A stretch of 64,000 nucleotides of DNA, from assembly GCF_009914755.1 (NCBI RefSeq), contig NC_060925.1. One strand, given 5' to 3'. The notes under the pieces were generated by a model, which did not search any database, was not told the DNA's origin, and worked only from the letters and a program-made list of their open reading frames with translations. Every line of letters begins with the position of its first letter. Positions within the stretch are counted from its first letter, which is position 1. Shown here piece by piece: positions 1-17,199 of this stretch. The stretch comes from the human T2T-CHM13v2.0 reference genome, Homo sapiens. The translations under genes and the position numbers were made by a program.

Positions 1-204
<204 letters not shown>

Positions 205-678
205 TGAGAGATGATGTTGGGTGCAACAGAGGGCTGGGGTCCCTTCCCAACCATAGCCAGCTCCATAAGTGCCTTCGGAAAGGATGACCAGTGCCCTCTC
301 TGGGAATCAGTTACTTCTAGTGGAGGCAGAGGAGAGCTTGAGGATGAACTTTTGCTTTGACAGTGAGACCAGATATGGGGACTCCTAAGCACACTTCCCC
401 TACTCCTCCATCCTTATTTCTAGAACTGGAACCAAGAGCAGATCACCTTTCTCATATCTGAAGCACTTGGTAGACTCTCCCCTCTTTTTCACCTTTTTCT
501 TTCAAAAAAGAAGGGAAGAGTGATTGTTATTTGATATCCAAGTTTGATGCATATGAAGCAAAAAGCTGGACCTGTCTCTAAAACGTTTATTTCTTTTGGA
601 GAATGTTTTAGCCTAAAACACAAGAGCTGTACTAATTGCTGCTATGCACAATTGACCCTTAAGCCCTCATTGAGCAAC

Positions 679-968
679 TTTTTTTTTTTTGAAAGAGTGT
701 CACTGTCACCCAGGCTGGAGTGCAGTGGCGCAATCACGGCTCGCTGCAGCTTCAACCTCCCCAGGCTCAGATGATCCTCCCACCTCATTCTCCTAAGTAG
801 ACTGGGACTGCAGGGGCATGCCACCACCCTGTAGCAGGCTAATTTTTTGTAGAGAGGGGGTTTCATCATGTTTCCCAGGCTGGTCCCAAATTTCTGGGCT
901 CAAGCGATCCATCTGCCTTGGCTTCCCAAAGTGCTAGGATTACAGGCGTGAACTGCCACACCCAGCCG
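679..968 (-). mobile_element. AluJ-like
   Basis: Antisense Alu; TSD gagcaactttt. Confidence 0.9.
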
Positions 969-1282
969 AGCAACTTTTTATTAAAACCACAGTGACAAGG
1001 TTGGCCAACTTTTTCTGTAAAGAGCCCAACGTGGAGTAAATGTTTTAGTCTTTGAAGGCCATACAGAAGCAGGCCGTAGACCTGCTGACCCCATCCCCAT
1101 TACTTGCAGCATTCTTCAGGTCTTCCCTGCTCAGTGTGCCTTTATTCCTGAATCTCGAGCAGGGAAAAGGAGTACATTTCCTCTCCCAACCTAGATACTA
1201 CTATCACATTAATCCAAAGATGTCATTGGTCTTTGGCAACTGTTAAGTTTAAGATCTTTCTCTAATAAACATTCCCCTTCCC

Positions 1283-1584
1283 GGGCCAGGCGCAGTGGCT
1301 CACACCTGTAATCCTGGCACTTTGGGAGGCTGAGGCAGGCTGATCGCAAGGTCAGGAGATCGAGACCATCGTGGCTAACATGGTGAAACCCCGTCTCCAC
1401 TAAAAATACAAAAAATTAGCTGGGCGTGGTGGTGGGCGCCTGTAGTCCCAGCGTCTCAGGAGGCTGAGGCAGGAGAATCGCTTGAACCCAGGAGGCGGAG
1501 ATTGCCATGAGCCGAGATCACACCACTGCACTCCAGCCTGGGTGACAGAGCAAGACTATCTCAAAAAAAAAAAAAAAAAAAAAA
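1283..1584 (+). mobile_element. AluY/Sc-like
   Basis: gagatcgagaccatc diagnostic; poly(A) tail. Confidence 0.9.
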
Positions 1585-2007
1585 TCCCCTTTCCCATAAC
1601 TCTTCACTCAAACAAGTGATTTTTTTAGAACCAAGGTAAGTCTCATCTGCAAATTTTAAGACTTAACTCATTGCTCCAGCTTATTAGGATTCTTTAAAAT
1701 ACCAGTTTTGCCCACTGTAGTTTACATTGCCTCACTAGTTTCATGTTAGCTATAGCTGGTAAGAATATTTTTTGCAACTTTGATCCAAATCATTTATTAA
1801 AATGGGGCCAAGAAATAACCCTGTGGAGACATCTCACTCGCTGTTTATAACTTCATGTATTATAGCATTCTATGAGAGAAAATGTGCACTGTTAGCAAAA
1901 AAGAAATGCTGATTTCTCACTTGTTTATTGAGCCTGTGACAACAGAGTTATCTCAGTGTGGTGCTTTAGCTTTGATTCTTAAATGGATTTAGATATTTAA
2001 ACCTTGG

Positions 2008-2593
<586 letters not shown>

Positions 2594-3441
2594 TTAGTTT
2601 GGTAAATAGAACTTGGGCTGGCCCTGACTTGCCTGTTCTCTTTGTCAGTCTTGTCAGGTAATGGAGGGGGGAGTTCCCTGATCCTGGGACTGAATGGGTG
2701 CTTCAGCATTAGCTGCGCCTGTAGAAGTCCTGTGATAGCCGAGCACCCTCCCTCAGATGGCCTGTTGAGATTGGCAGTGCTGTTGTGAGGAATCCTCAGT
2801 CACTGAGCCATGTTTAGAATTCATGAGTGTTTTCAGGTCAAGCCTAATCTTCAGGTCCAGATGTAAAAGTAATTTTCTTCCCTGCTGGATTTTCTTGCCT
2901 GCTGGACATCAGGCCATAGTTGGTCTGCAGGCTGTAGTTTGCTAACCCCTGGCACAATACATTGGCCAGCTTGAGTGAGTCTGGGCACAGCCTTCACAGC
3001 CCCAGCAAAGGCACTTCTCCTCCAGATAGCAGCCAAAAGGAAACATTGCTGAGCTGCCCCCAGGGTGGCTCTCTCAAGATTGTGGAAGGGCGAACTTAAG
3101 AGGATGTTATTTGCAGCTGGGTACACCTAAAACATGTCCCAAGTGAGGAAGCATGATTTATTAACTACTTTTGCAGCTCTAAAATTCCATGAAGGTCTGG
3201 GCCCAACTCCCTGCACAACCCTTGAAGGACTCCAGTATATTGAATTCCTCAGGGCTGAGGGCTCTGAAGGGCTGGAGAAAAACAGGATCAAGCACAGGCA
3301 AGGCTAAGGGAGTAGGGGAAAGAAGACCTGCTTTGGGTTTATAGTGACTGGGAAGTTCCCTGACCATTTTCAGTCCTTCCCCATTCTTGGACTGCTCTGG
3401 GACATGTCTTTAATGCCACTTCTTAATGTTTTCCCCTCTAG

Positions 3442-3596
3442 TCATCATGCTCCTCACAGGAAAAGCTGCATCAGTTGCCTTTCCAGCCTACAGCTGATGA
3501 GCTGCACTTTTTGACGAAGCATTTCAGCACAGAGAGCGTACCAGATGAGGAAGGACGGCAGTCCCCAGCCATGCGGCCTCGCTCCCGGAGCCTCAG
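3442..3596 (+). CDS. MAST2: MAST2 exon ([17 protein letters not shown]...RSRSL)
   Basis: ctctag|TCA...CTCAG|gtgagg; 155 nt, phase 0-2. Confidence 0.95.
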
Positions 3597-3659
3597 GTGA
3601 GGGTGCTCTCTGCCCACTGTTCCAGTGCATGTGGATTTCAGCTTGTTTGCATAACACAG

Positions 3660-3858
3660 AGGTGGGCACACTATGCTATAAGGGGCCAAGATAGTAAATA
3701 TTTTTAGGCTTTATAGGCCATATATCTCTGTCACATTCCTCAACTCTGCTGTTGTAGTATGAAAGTATCCACAAATAATATATAAACTTTATTTACAAAA
3801 GAAAAAAAAAAAGTAGCAGGCCATAGTTAGTCTGCAGGCTGTAATTTGCTAACCCCTG
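3660..3858 (+). mobile_element. MER58A-like hAT-Charlie element
   Basis: aggggccaagatagtaaatatttttaggc...tttgctaacccctg. Confidence 0.7.
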
Positions 3859-5496
3859 GCATAATACATTGGCCAGCTTGAGTGAGTCAAGTTCAACAAA
3901 GCCCAAGCTATTTTTGGCTTCAGGTACAGCTCAACCCATCACCCCAGGAGGTATTTAACAATACTGTCAAGTGGTCCCTCTCTTTTTCTGTTTAAAGGTA
4001 GTTAGCAGCAGAAATATACTTTAGATTACATCTGGTAAAAGGAGAACAATGGTATCATCAATTCTGATGGTTATCTGGCTCCAGAACCCATTGGCCCTGG
4101 GTGTATGATCTAGGCCAGCTAAAAAAGTTGCTGCTGAAGACAGGTTGCTGGCGTGGGGAAGAAGCCCATTTCAAAAGCAGAATTAAATGTCCATTTGAAT
4201 ATGTCTTTATTCTGTGAATCACCTGGGCACATCTTCATCAAACCAAACTAACCTTAACAGCTACTGATTAATTTTCGATTCTCTTTGGCATTAGCTGGTA
4301 AATCAGTGCCAGAATTTTAGGTTAAGGAAGGTGATGGAGATTAAAATGAACATGACTTTAATGACTGAGCTCAGTTTTGCAGGGTCCCTAAGAAGTAATT
4401 AATTGGCTAAGATGTGCAGGGTAGGATCCCAGAGGAGCAGCAGTTCCTCCCAGAAAGAATCCCCTCAGGTAATGCTGGCACTGCACCAGGAGTGACAGGG
4501 AGTAAGCTGGGCCAGACCACAATGACTGGTTCAGGTGTAGAGATTGATGAAGATGGTATCTGAGGCTCCAGTGCCTTTCTCTGTGTCACAGAGGAACACC
4601 TGAGTCTTGGTGTTCTCAACAACCCATACACAGAGAAGGGTACCTTTTAGGCCAGTTGAGATTGAGAGGCCCACAGTGATGCTCAGAGAAATCCATGCTA
4701 TATTACTCTTAAATCCTTGGTAATGTGCAGCAGTACAGCAGGCAAAACATGGCACATTCCAGGGAAGAAAGACAGAGTGGGACAGTTGTGAACCTAGAAC
4801 ATCTGGGATCATGTGTCAGGGGCAGTAAACTGGGCAAGACCCACATACCCATTCAACTGTGTGGCTCCAACTTTGAAATTTTTTTAAGGAGATACAATGA
4901 CACATGAGCCAGAGGGGGAGATTTAGGTTATCAGGGAAGACAATAAATTAAGGCAGAAAACATATCGGCTGCCTTCAGTAAATCACCCAGATGTATAACT
5001 CACAACAGTCTGGACTGGCCTCATTCATCCCCAAGTTAGGTCCATGGCTGCAGCTAGTTTGGAAAAAAAATGTACGTGTGCACCGTCTTCCTTTGGTTGC
5101 TTTGGTAGTTTTTTTATTTGTTTTGTTCCCAAGAATATGCTGGGGCACACCCAACCCTATTGACCAAAACTAAGAAGACACAGAGAATCCTACTCCAGGG
5201 GAGGTTATCCTGGGAAAGCCACCAGTGAGCTTAGGAGTAGGTCCCTTTCTAGGTCTTTCTAGCCTAGAAGAGGTCTTTGTGAAAACCAAGCCTAGCTCCA
5301 TATAGTACCATTTTGAACTGAACAAGGTACACTGGAAACTCCAGGAATAAGAAAGGCTCTAGAACTCAGTACCCGTTAAAGTGGGAGTATGTAGCTGCTG
5401 AAGATGGTGGGAGGGGCAGGGTCTCTGGGGATGGCCATCTTTCTTCTTGATAGTTCCATAGCACTAAAGTAACACAATCATTTCTTTCTTTTTTAG

Positions 5497-5572
5497 TCCC
5501 GGACGATCCCCAGTATCCTTTGACAGTGAAATAATAATGATGAATCATGTTTACAAAGAAAGATTCCCAAAG
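5497..5572 (+). CDS. MAST2: MAST2 exon ([25 protein letters not shown])
   Basis: ttttag|T...AAG|gtaagg; 76 nt. Confidence 0.95.
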
Positions 5573-6235
5573 GTAAGGATCCATTTAAAAGGAGAGTGGC
5601 AATACCCCTCCGGGTGGCTGCCTACAGCCAGCCCCAATGGGAGACTCTGGAGTGAAGGAATGAAGTGCTACCTCCAGAGATAACCAAGAAGAAGAACAGA
5701 AAGTCAGCCAGGAGGCTGTGGACACAGCAACAAGGGCTTCCAGACTGCTTGAGAAGGAGACAGCAGGAAGCTATGAGTTTGGGAACTGTATTTGCAGAGC
5801 CTTTGTTTCTTCACTACCCAGAAGTAGAGTTATCCAGAGGGGAATGTCAGAAAGGTAGCCCACCATATATTAAAGAGGAAAGAAAGAACTGGAGGCTTTA
5901 CTTCTCACTGTGCACATGAGGATCCATGAGTCAGGGTTCACTCATTACAGGATTTGCCCTCTGGTGGCATATTCATTTGATAGAGATTTCTTAAGCAGCA
6001 CCTCATTATCAGGTGTCAGAGAGTACACAGACAGAAGTAGGCTGCACTGGCAAGAAGGCCAGAGAGAGCAGTAGGAGTGGGAGACAGATCTCAGAGTTGC
6101 TTGCTAACATCTGAATTTTCATTTTCAAGCAGGAAAATGCTGAGGAAGGAAAGTAGGTTGTTATCCTGAGATAGCTGAGAAGTAGCATTCGTAACTCTGC
6201 TGCTTGGCTGTGAACCTCCTTGTATATGGAACTAG

Positions 6236-6612
<377 letters not shown>

Positions 6613-7930
6613 TGAAGATAGGCCCTGTTCCTGACTGAGAGGGGATACTGGACTGCAGAACCTGTGCCCTGTGGTCTGTGCTTTCCAGCTTTGGAGTGGG
6701 CACTAGACAATAAGCATGAAGAAGGAGGCAGAACAAACACCTAGGAATTCATTTTGACGTATATGGTGTTTATGAAGTTTGCAAGTATATAATGTTGAGA
6801 AATGTATCTCATGCTTGTCCTCCTCCTCCTTGTATGTTAGGTGTTTTTGTAGCATTGGATGTTTGTGTTTATAGGCATGTTTCCAGTTCCTTCCTATAGG
6901 ATGAACTATTGTTGGAGAAAATGTGTTAAGATTCCTTCACTTCCTTCTTTCTCCTCTACTCCCACTTTTTCACCCTCTTCCTCTTTCATTCTCCATGTAG
7001 ACACACCACATATATATGTATGTAGGTATACATTTGCCTAAACACACACTGGAAATCAGAAATCACCACCTGGTAGCAAAAGAAATAAGGCAGAGTCTTA
7101 GATAGACAGCTTAGATAGGCAGCTAAGAACTCGTTCACAGATGTGTATCTGTCATTTTGACATGACTGTGTAGTTAGGTCCCTAAGAGGTTTGGAGCCAG
7201 ACCTCCATTCTCCTCTGCTGGGGATCCAGGCCAGGCTCATGTTCCTATCCACAGTCCCCCCATTCCAACTCACCATCTGTGACCAGACAGGTTCACTAAG
7301 CAGCTCTCCAAGCACCTGCCTAACTCCCTTGGGTCCTAAGGTTAAGTAAGAGGATCCTGAGTTAAATGAAACTCTCTCTCACTTAACAAACTTCCCGGTT
7401 TAGAAACCAGCAGTGCCCATACACTAAGTTTACACAGTTGGGAGGTCCAGTGGAAGAACAGAGGAATGGAAACCCATTTGCCTGGGGAAATGAAAGACTT
7501 CCCAGAGGAGACACAATATTTGAACTGAGATTAGAAGGAGAATTAGGAGTTTGTCAGGCAGGCTTGGCAGGGTGAAAAAGCCACACACTGGGAAGAGCAT
7601 AAACAGACAGGCATGAAACAGCATAGTAAAGGAGGAAGATAGCAAACACCTGTGTGTCCGTACAGCAAAAGAGCTTGCCCTGGAGGGAGTTGGGGGAGAT
7701 GGGCAAGACCAGGTGAAAGAGGGCCTTGAATATAAAGCTAAGGCATCTTGAGTTGACTTTACTTGAAGGTGATCTATTAATGTCTTCAGTTATCAGGTTT
7801 CCCAAATGGCAGTTTAAGGAAACCAGGATCAGAGGGAGCCCATTATTTTGCTATTTCCAGGTCCTTCAGGCTTAGCTCCAACTGAGCTGGAACTAGAAGG
7901 GAAGTGTTTCTTTCTTGCTTTTCTTCCCAG

Positions 7931-8140
7931 GCCACCGCACAAATGGAAGAGCGACTAGCAGAGTTTATTTCCTCCAACACTCCAGACAGCGTGCTGCCCT
8001 TGGCAGATGGAGCCCTGAGCTTTATTCATCATCAGGTGATTGAGATGGCCCGAGACTGCCTGGATAAATCTCGGAGTGGCCTCATTACATCACAATACTT
8101 CTACGAACTTCAAGATAATTTGGAGAAACTTTTACAAGAT
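7931..8140 (+). CDS. MAST2: MAST2 exon (ATAQMEERL...LEKLLQD), DUF1908
   Basis: cccag|GCC...GAT|gtgagt; 210 nt; overlaps ORF 7904..8167. Confidence 0.96.
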
Positions 8141-9913
8141 GTGAGTGTCCTTGTGCTGGGGTTCTGAAAAAACCTCCACCTGGTATTGGATTTGTAATCC
8201 CAAGCTAAGATTAGGGCATTAGTGGTATTCTCAGTCTTCACAGACTGCTTGTTACCCACCCTCAAAGGTAGAGCTGAGGGACTTAGATTCCTCCTCAGTC
8301 CCCTGCAATACTGAGAGAAGCCTGCTTGGTATCAAAGGAAGTCACTTCTGTTCCTTTTCTAAATCCAAAATTATATTACTTTGTTGTATTACGCGAAGCT
8401 CCACCATGGGTAGTAGTCATAAGTATTTGACTAGGAGGTTTGCTACCCAAAGCCAAAAAGTGGCTCCAGTGGCTGTGACGGGCTTTCTTCTACTGGAAAT
8501 ACTGGTTTAAGCAGAGCCTTCAGACTATTTATCCTCAGCCAAGGGAAAACAGGTATGAGGCTTGCACAATGGGTTTAGCCATTTGCATGGTGAGAAGTTC
8601 TCTAGTTGGGACTTACATGTTTTGAGACCTGGTCCTCGCTGGTGTGAAAAAATCTCTGGGAGGCTAAAGGTAAAGTAATCCAGAGATGGCCAAGACCAAA
8701 GCACATGAGAGTTCTTAAGCACTGCTTCCTGCACGAGTGCTTCCTTTGCTATCAGCCTCTTGATTAAGGTGGCCAGATGCCATCTCACTCAGACCACAGC
8801 GGCTCCATGTTATCCATTAATACAGTTTGGGAGAGAGAGGATATGCCTGTCCCCGCAGAGCTCATCACATCACTAGAGAATTTCCCAGTCCAGAACCCCT
8901 TATTACCTCCAGACCAAGACCTCTCTCTCTGGAGTAGTACCAACTGAGCTGAGGGCCCAGGGCTAATGATCAAAAGGACATCAGTGTGTTCGTCTAGAAA
9001 TAAGAAGGAGCAGGGAGTTTAAACAAATTTTCAGAGAACAGTTGAATCTAGAGAAAGGGTGACTAAAGATGATCATGATTATTGTTGTCAAGTAGTAGAA
9101 AGTTTCTCACATATAAAAGAGAGCAGATTGTTCTTAATACCCCTGAAAGACATAATTAGTCCAGTGGGCAGAAGTTACAGTGAGAAAGGTTTTGATTTAA
9201 TAGGTGAAAAAGTAGTTCCTTCTACAAAAATACCTTTTTGTGATTTCAAAAGAAATACTTAAAATAAAACATTGTAGAAGTATAACTTTAGAAAGCCAGA
9301 GTCCCATGAAAATCACTGGTAGCTGTTTGTTTCTGTTCAAGAAAAGGTTTCTGACAGTTTTCCAGCAATGGAAAGGGGTACCCCAGAGACATATAGGAAT
9401 CAGGGATTACTGCATCAGGTAAAGGATTAATGTAGAGTAACTTCCAAGTTTCCTGGTATGTTTAAGATTTATCTTCTAAAATGCTAAAGTCAGAGCCTTG
9501 CCCAAAACCTTTAGGCATTTTCCCAGATTGACTGCTTGTGTGGTTAGGTTGTTTGATACAATAGGAAGAGCACTGAATTTGGAGCCAGTTTGTTCATCTG
9601 TTCCCTAATTTGTGAAGCCCTTGGAATGCAGAAAAGAATTCAGTGCAGGCTCTATCTTAGGGAATTTGCCATCAGTGAGGTTACAGACCCATCAACATGT
9701 ACTTAATAAAAATAAGTTATTACTATACTGAATACTTTATATGAATTCTCTCACTTCCACTGACTGCAATACAATGTGATTGACGAGCACTAGAGATAAG
9801 TAGGTTCTGAGCACAGAGGAGGATATGCTGACTCTTTGTGGAAAGTTCAGGGAAGGCTAGATCTTAACAGGTAGGAGTTCACTGAAGCTAGAAAACAGCA
9901 TAAACAACCTTTT

Positions 9914-10154
9914 GCTTGGGCACAGTGGCTCATGCCTGTAATCCCAGCACTTTGGGAGGCCAGGATGGAAGGATCACTTGAGCCCAGGAGCTTGAGACCA
10001 GCCTGAGCAACAAAGTGAGACCCCATCTCTACACTAGCCAGGCATTTCACCATGTTGGCCAGGCTGGTCTCAAACTCCTGACCTCAAGTGATCGCCCTGC
10101 CTCGGCCTCTCAAAGTGCTGGGATTACAGGTGTGAGCTGCTACAAATGACCAGC
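9914..10154. mobile_element. Fused inverted Alu left arms (+ strand J-like, then - strand S-like)
   Basis: Orientation switches at ~10043. Confidence 0.85.
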
Positions 10155-10430
10155 TGGCAGATGAATTTGAAGAGTTGGACTGGGGGCCAGATGCTGAACG
10201 GCCTTGTGAGGAGCTTAGATTGTATCGTGAAGGCAGTGGGTATCATCCAATGTGACAAATTGAAAAATGACCTGATCAGATTTTAGAATAATAAAAGTCA
10301 GTAACATTTATGGAGCATTTAATACATGCTAGACACTGCATTACCTCATTTAATTTATCTGGTTAAATCTTCACAACCGTGTAAGAAAGGTACTTAATAT
10401 TATTTCCTAAATTTACAGATAAGGAAACTA

Positions 10431-11117
<687 letters not shown>

Positions 11118-11368
11118 TCAACCTTTCTCTTCATTTCATAACCAATACTTTAAAAGAAGAAAAGTCCTCATTTACTGTGTTTTTTTTCCGAAGAAAAATA
11201 ATTTTAAAATAATTTGTAAGCAAAAATAATCCTAATTAGGCATTCATGGGAAGATATTTAGGAAAATGTGGTACAATTTGAAAATAATAGCCATTAGAAT
11301 CTAAGATATTATTGGTAATTATATCTTCGTTTTCATTGATTTTTAATACTATTTAATTTGATTATGTA

Positions 11369-11797
11369 TTTTTCTTTTTTTTATTATTATTATACTTTAA
11401 GTTTTAGGGTACATGTGCACAATGTGCAGGTTAGTTACATATGTATACATGTGCCATGCTGGTGTGCTGCACCAATTAACTCATCATTTAGCATTAGGTA
11501 TATCTCCTAATGCTATCCCTCCCCCCTCCCCCCACCCCACAACAGTCCCCAGAGTGTGATGTTCCCCTTCCTGTGTCCATGTGTCCTCATTGTTCAATTC
11601 CCACCTATGAGTGAGAATATGCGGTGTTTGGTTTTTTGTTCTTGCGATAGTTTACTGGGAATGATGATTTCCAATTTCATCCATGTCCCTACAAAGGACA
11701 TGAACTCATCATTTTTTGTGGCTGCATAGTATTCCATGGTGTATATGTGCCACATTTTCTTAATCCAGTCTATCATTGTTGGACATTTGGGTTGGTT
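11369..11797 (-). mobile_element. L1PA (L1PA2/3-like) 3' end with poly(A): non-inverted part of a twin-primed insertion
   Basis: T-rich tail, L1 3'UTR and ORF2 C-terminus (MIDWIKKMWHIYTMEYY...LIGGN) on the - strand; lacks the L1HS-Ta ACA diagnostic. Confidence 0.93.
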
Positions 11798-15083
<3,286 letters not shown>

Positions 15084-16778
15084 TTTACTGTTTTTCTTTC
15101 CTTGTATCCTATTTACTACTCAATCTTCTGCCTTCCAGTTTCCCTTCCCACCAGTCTACCAAAACTGTTCAGGCAAAATTCACCAAGGAACTCACTGGCC
15201 AATTGCCAAATCCTGTGGCCACTTTCAGTTCCCATCTTCTGCCACCTCTCGGTGGAGCACAGTGAATACTTCCTAAACTTCCTTCCCCAGTTGTCAATTC
15301 ACTGTTCTCACCACTCTTGCTGCCTCTTCACAAGTTCCTTTGCTGCCCACCTCTTCCTACTGGTGTGTCACAGGGCACCATCCGGCATGCCTGGTCTCCC
15401 CTTTCTCTTTCCTCCACTCTCTCTCTGATGTCTTGCCACCTGCTCCCATGTCTTCAGTTGTCATCTCTACGCTGAGGACTCCCACATGTGGCTGCCACTC
15501 TTACTGTTCTCCTGAGCTTCAGATCAGTGCACCCAGCTGCCTGCTGGACTCCTCCACTTTGACTTCCCTATATTGGTTCTTATTCTTTGGTTGCACGTAA
15601 TAGAAACTGATTCAGAATAGTTTAAACAGTAAAGGGAAACATTATAAGAGTAAAAGGAGTAGGTCTTAGAGAATTGAAGCGAGGGATATAACCAGGCCTT
15701 AAGAAGGAACCAGAACTAGAAACCAGAAGCTCCAGGAAGCTCAGGAAGTCTTCATTCTTCCTTTTTCTGTATGCATCTTTTCCTCTATTTCCATGGTAGG
15801 TATGCATCTCTTTTCACAGTTCTTAAACGGTTCTGCCACACTGACGTTAACAGTTGTCTTTCTATCCTTTTTTAAATTCCTAGGAAAGTGATCCTCTCTG
15901 GTCAGCTATTAGAGGTGGGAGGGAAGGTACACACACACAGTACAAATGTGGCTCCTAGAAACCAGAGCAGTTCTCAGGAAAAAAGAGAAAGGCCCATCGG
16001 CCAAGCAGATACCCAAGAGACTCTCATATAGGTGCCTGAAACTGCACGCCCAGAACTGAGCTTATCTTTTCTGCCTAGCTGTTCTTTCTCTAAAACCAAA
16101 TGCAGTACATTCTTTACCTATCACCTAAATGGCTTCTTATAGTTACTATTTCACTTATTCATTGTAATTTTCCTAAAATTGAAGTTGTAGTTGCCTTCTG
16201 TCGTGCTTCTTTCACCCCTTATCTGCTTCTGTAGTAACCCACGTCTATCCCCTTGTCTGCATTCTTCTGCCTTGACCTATGCCTTTTTCATCTGAATTAT
16301 TAGAGTTGCCTGCTAATGGGTTTTCCTGCATTTAGCCTTGCCCTCTTTAGTGTACTCTCTACACTGCAGCCAGAGTGATCCTTCTGAAGTACTTTCTGGT
16401 CATATGACTCCTCAGCTTTGAGGTCTTTCTACTCCTTACAGTCTAGGGTGGAAAGTGAACATCAGTGAAGGCACCATTGAGAGCTGCCCCTTGAGCTAGG
16501 GTCTGGAGGGTAAGTGAGGCTTGTTGGATGGAGGAGCAGGTACAGCTGTATGTCTGTGTGGCATTTCTTGGTGTCATGTAGTGTTGTAAAGCAGAAATGG
16601 TTCCCTATGAGCAACTCGCTCCCTCTCACAGCCAGCCAGCCTTCTCTGAGTTCCTTGCTTTGCGGAGCTCTCTATGCTACCGAATTGTTTCTCCCTGGAG
16701 TCAGCTCTGCCCTGTCTGGTCCTGCTTAGCCCAGCCACACTGGGCCAATAGATTAAGCAACGCTTCTTTTCTCTATAG

Positions 16779-16880
16779 GCTCATGAGCGCTCAGAGAGCT
16801 CAGAAGTGGCTTTTGTGATGCAGCTGGTGAAAAAGCTGATGATTATCATTGCCCGCCCAGCACGTCTCCTGGAATGCCTG
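16779..16880 (+). CDS. MAST2: MAST2 exon ([10 protein letters not shown]...RPARLLECL)
   Basis: ctatag|GCT...CTG|gtgagt; 102 nt. Confidence 0.95.
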
Positions 16881-17199
16881 GTGAGTGGACTCTAGGAAAG
16901 TCAGGTGGGCAGATTTAGAGGAGGACTATAGAGGAAGTATCCTGATGACAGCAAAACTGTGGTGGTAACCACTGCCATTTCTGTTGCTTAGGTCCTTATT
17001 TAAATATGATTTGCCACCATTGGGGGACTAAACAGGTTTTTGTGAGGACAAATGTATGGTCCTGAGGGGATGTGGCAGGGAGAATTATTAGTCTAGGCCA
17101 CCCCCACATGAGCAGGGCTCACATCAGTGGGGGTCTTGGGGGTGAGAAGCGTCAGGAGCATAGCCCAGTTTAGTTTGTACAAGTTGAGTCCTTCATTTT

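Larger units (their letters stand above)
2910..3888 (+). repeat. 72-bp direct repeat pair (2910-2981 and 3817-3888)
   Basis: 69/72 identical by manual alignment. Confidence 0.92.

Noticed and set aside
4285-4303. Possible 3-nt microexon ttag|CTG|gtaaat
   Set aside because: Too short to distinguish from chance, with a weaker donor and tract than the 2649-2657 candidate.
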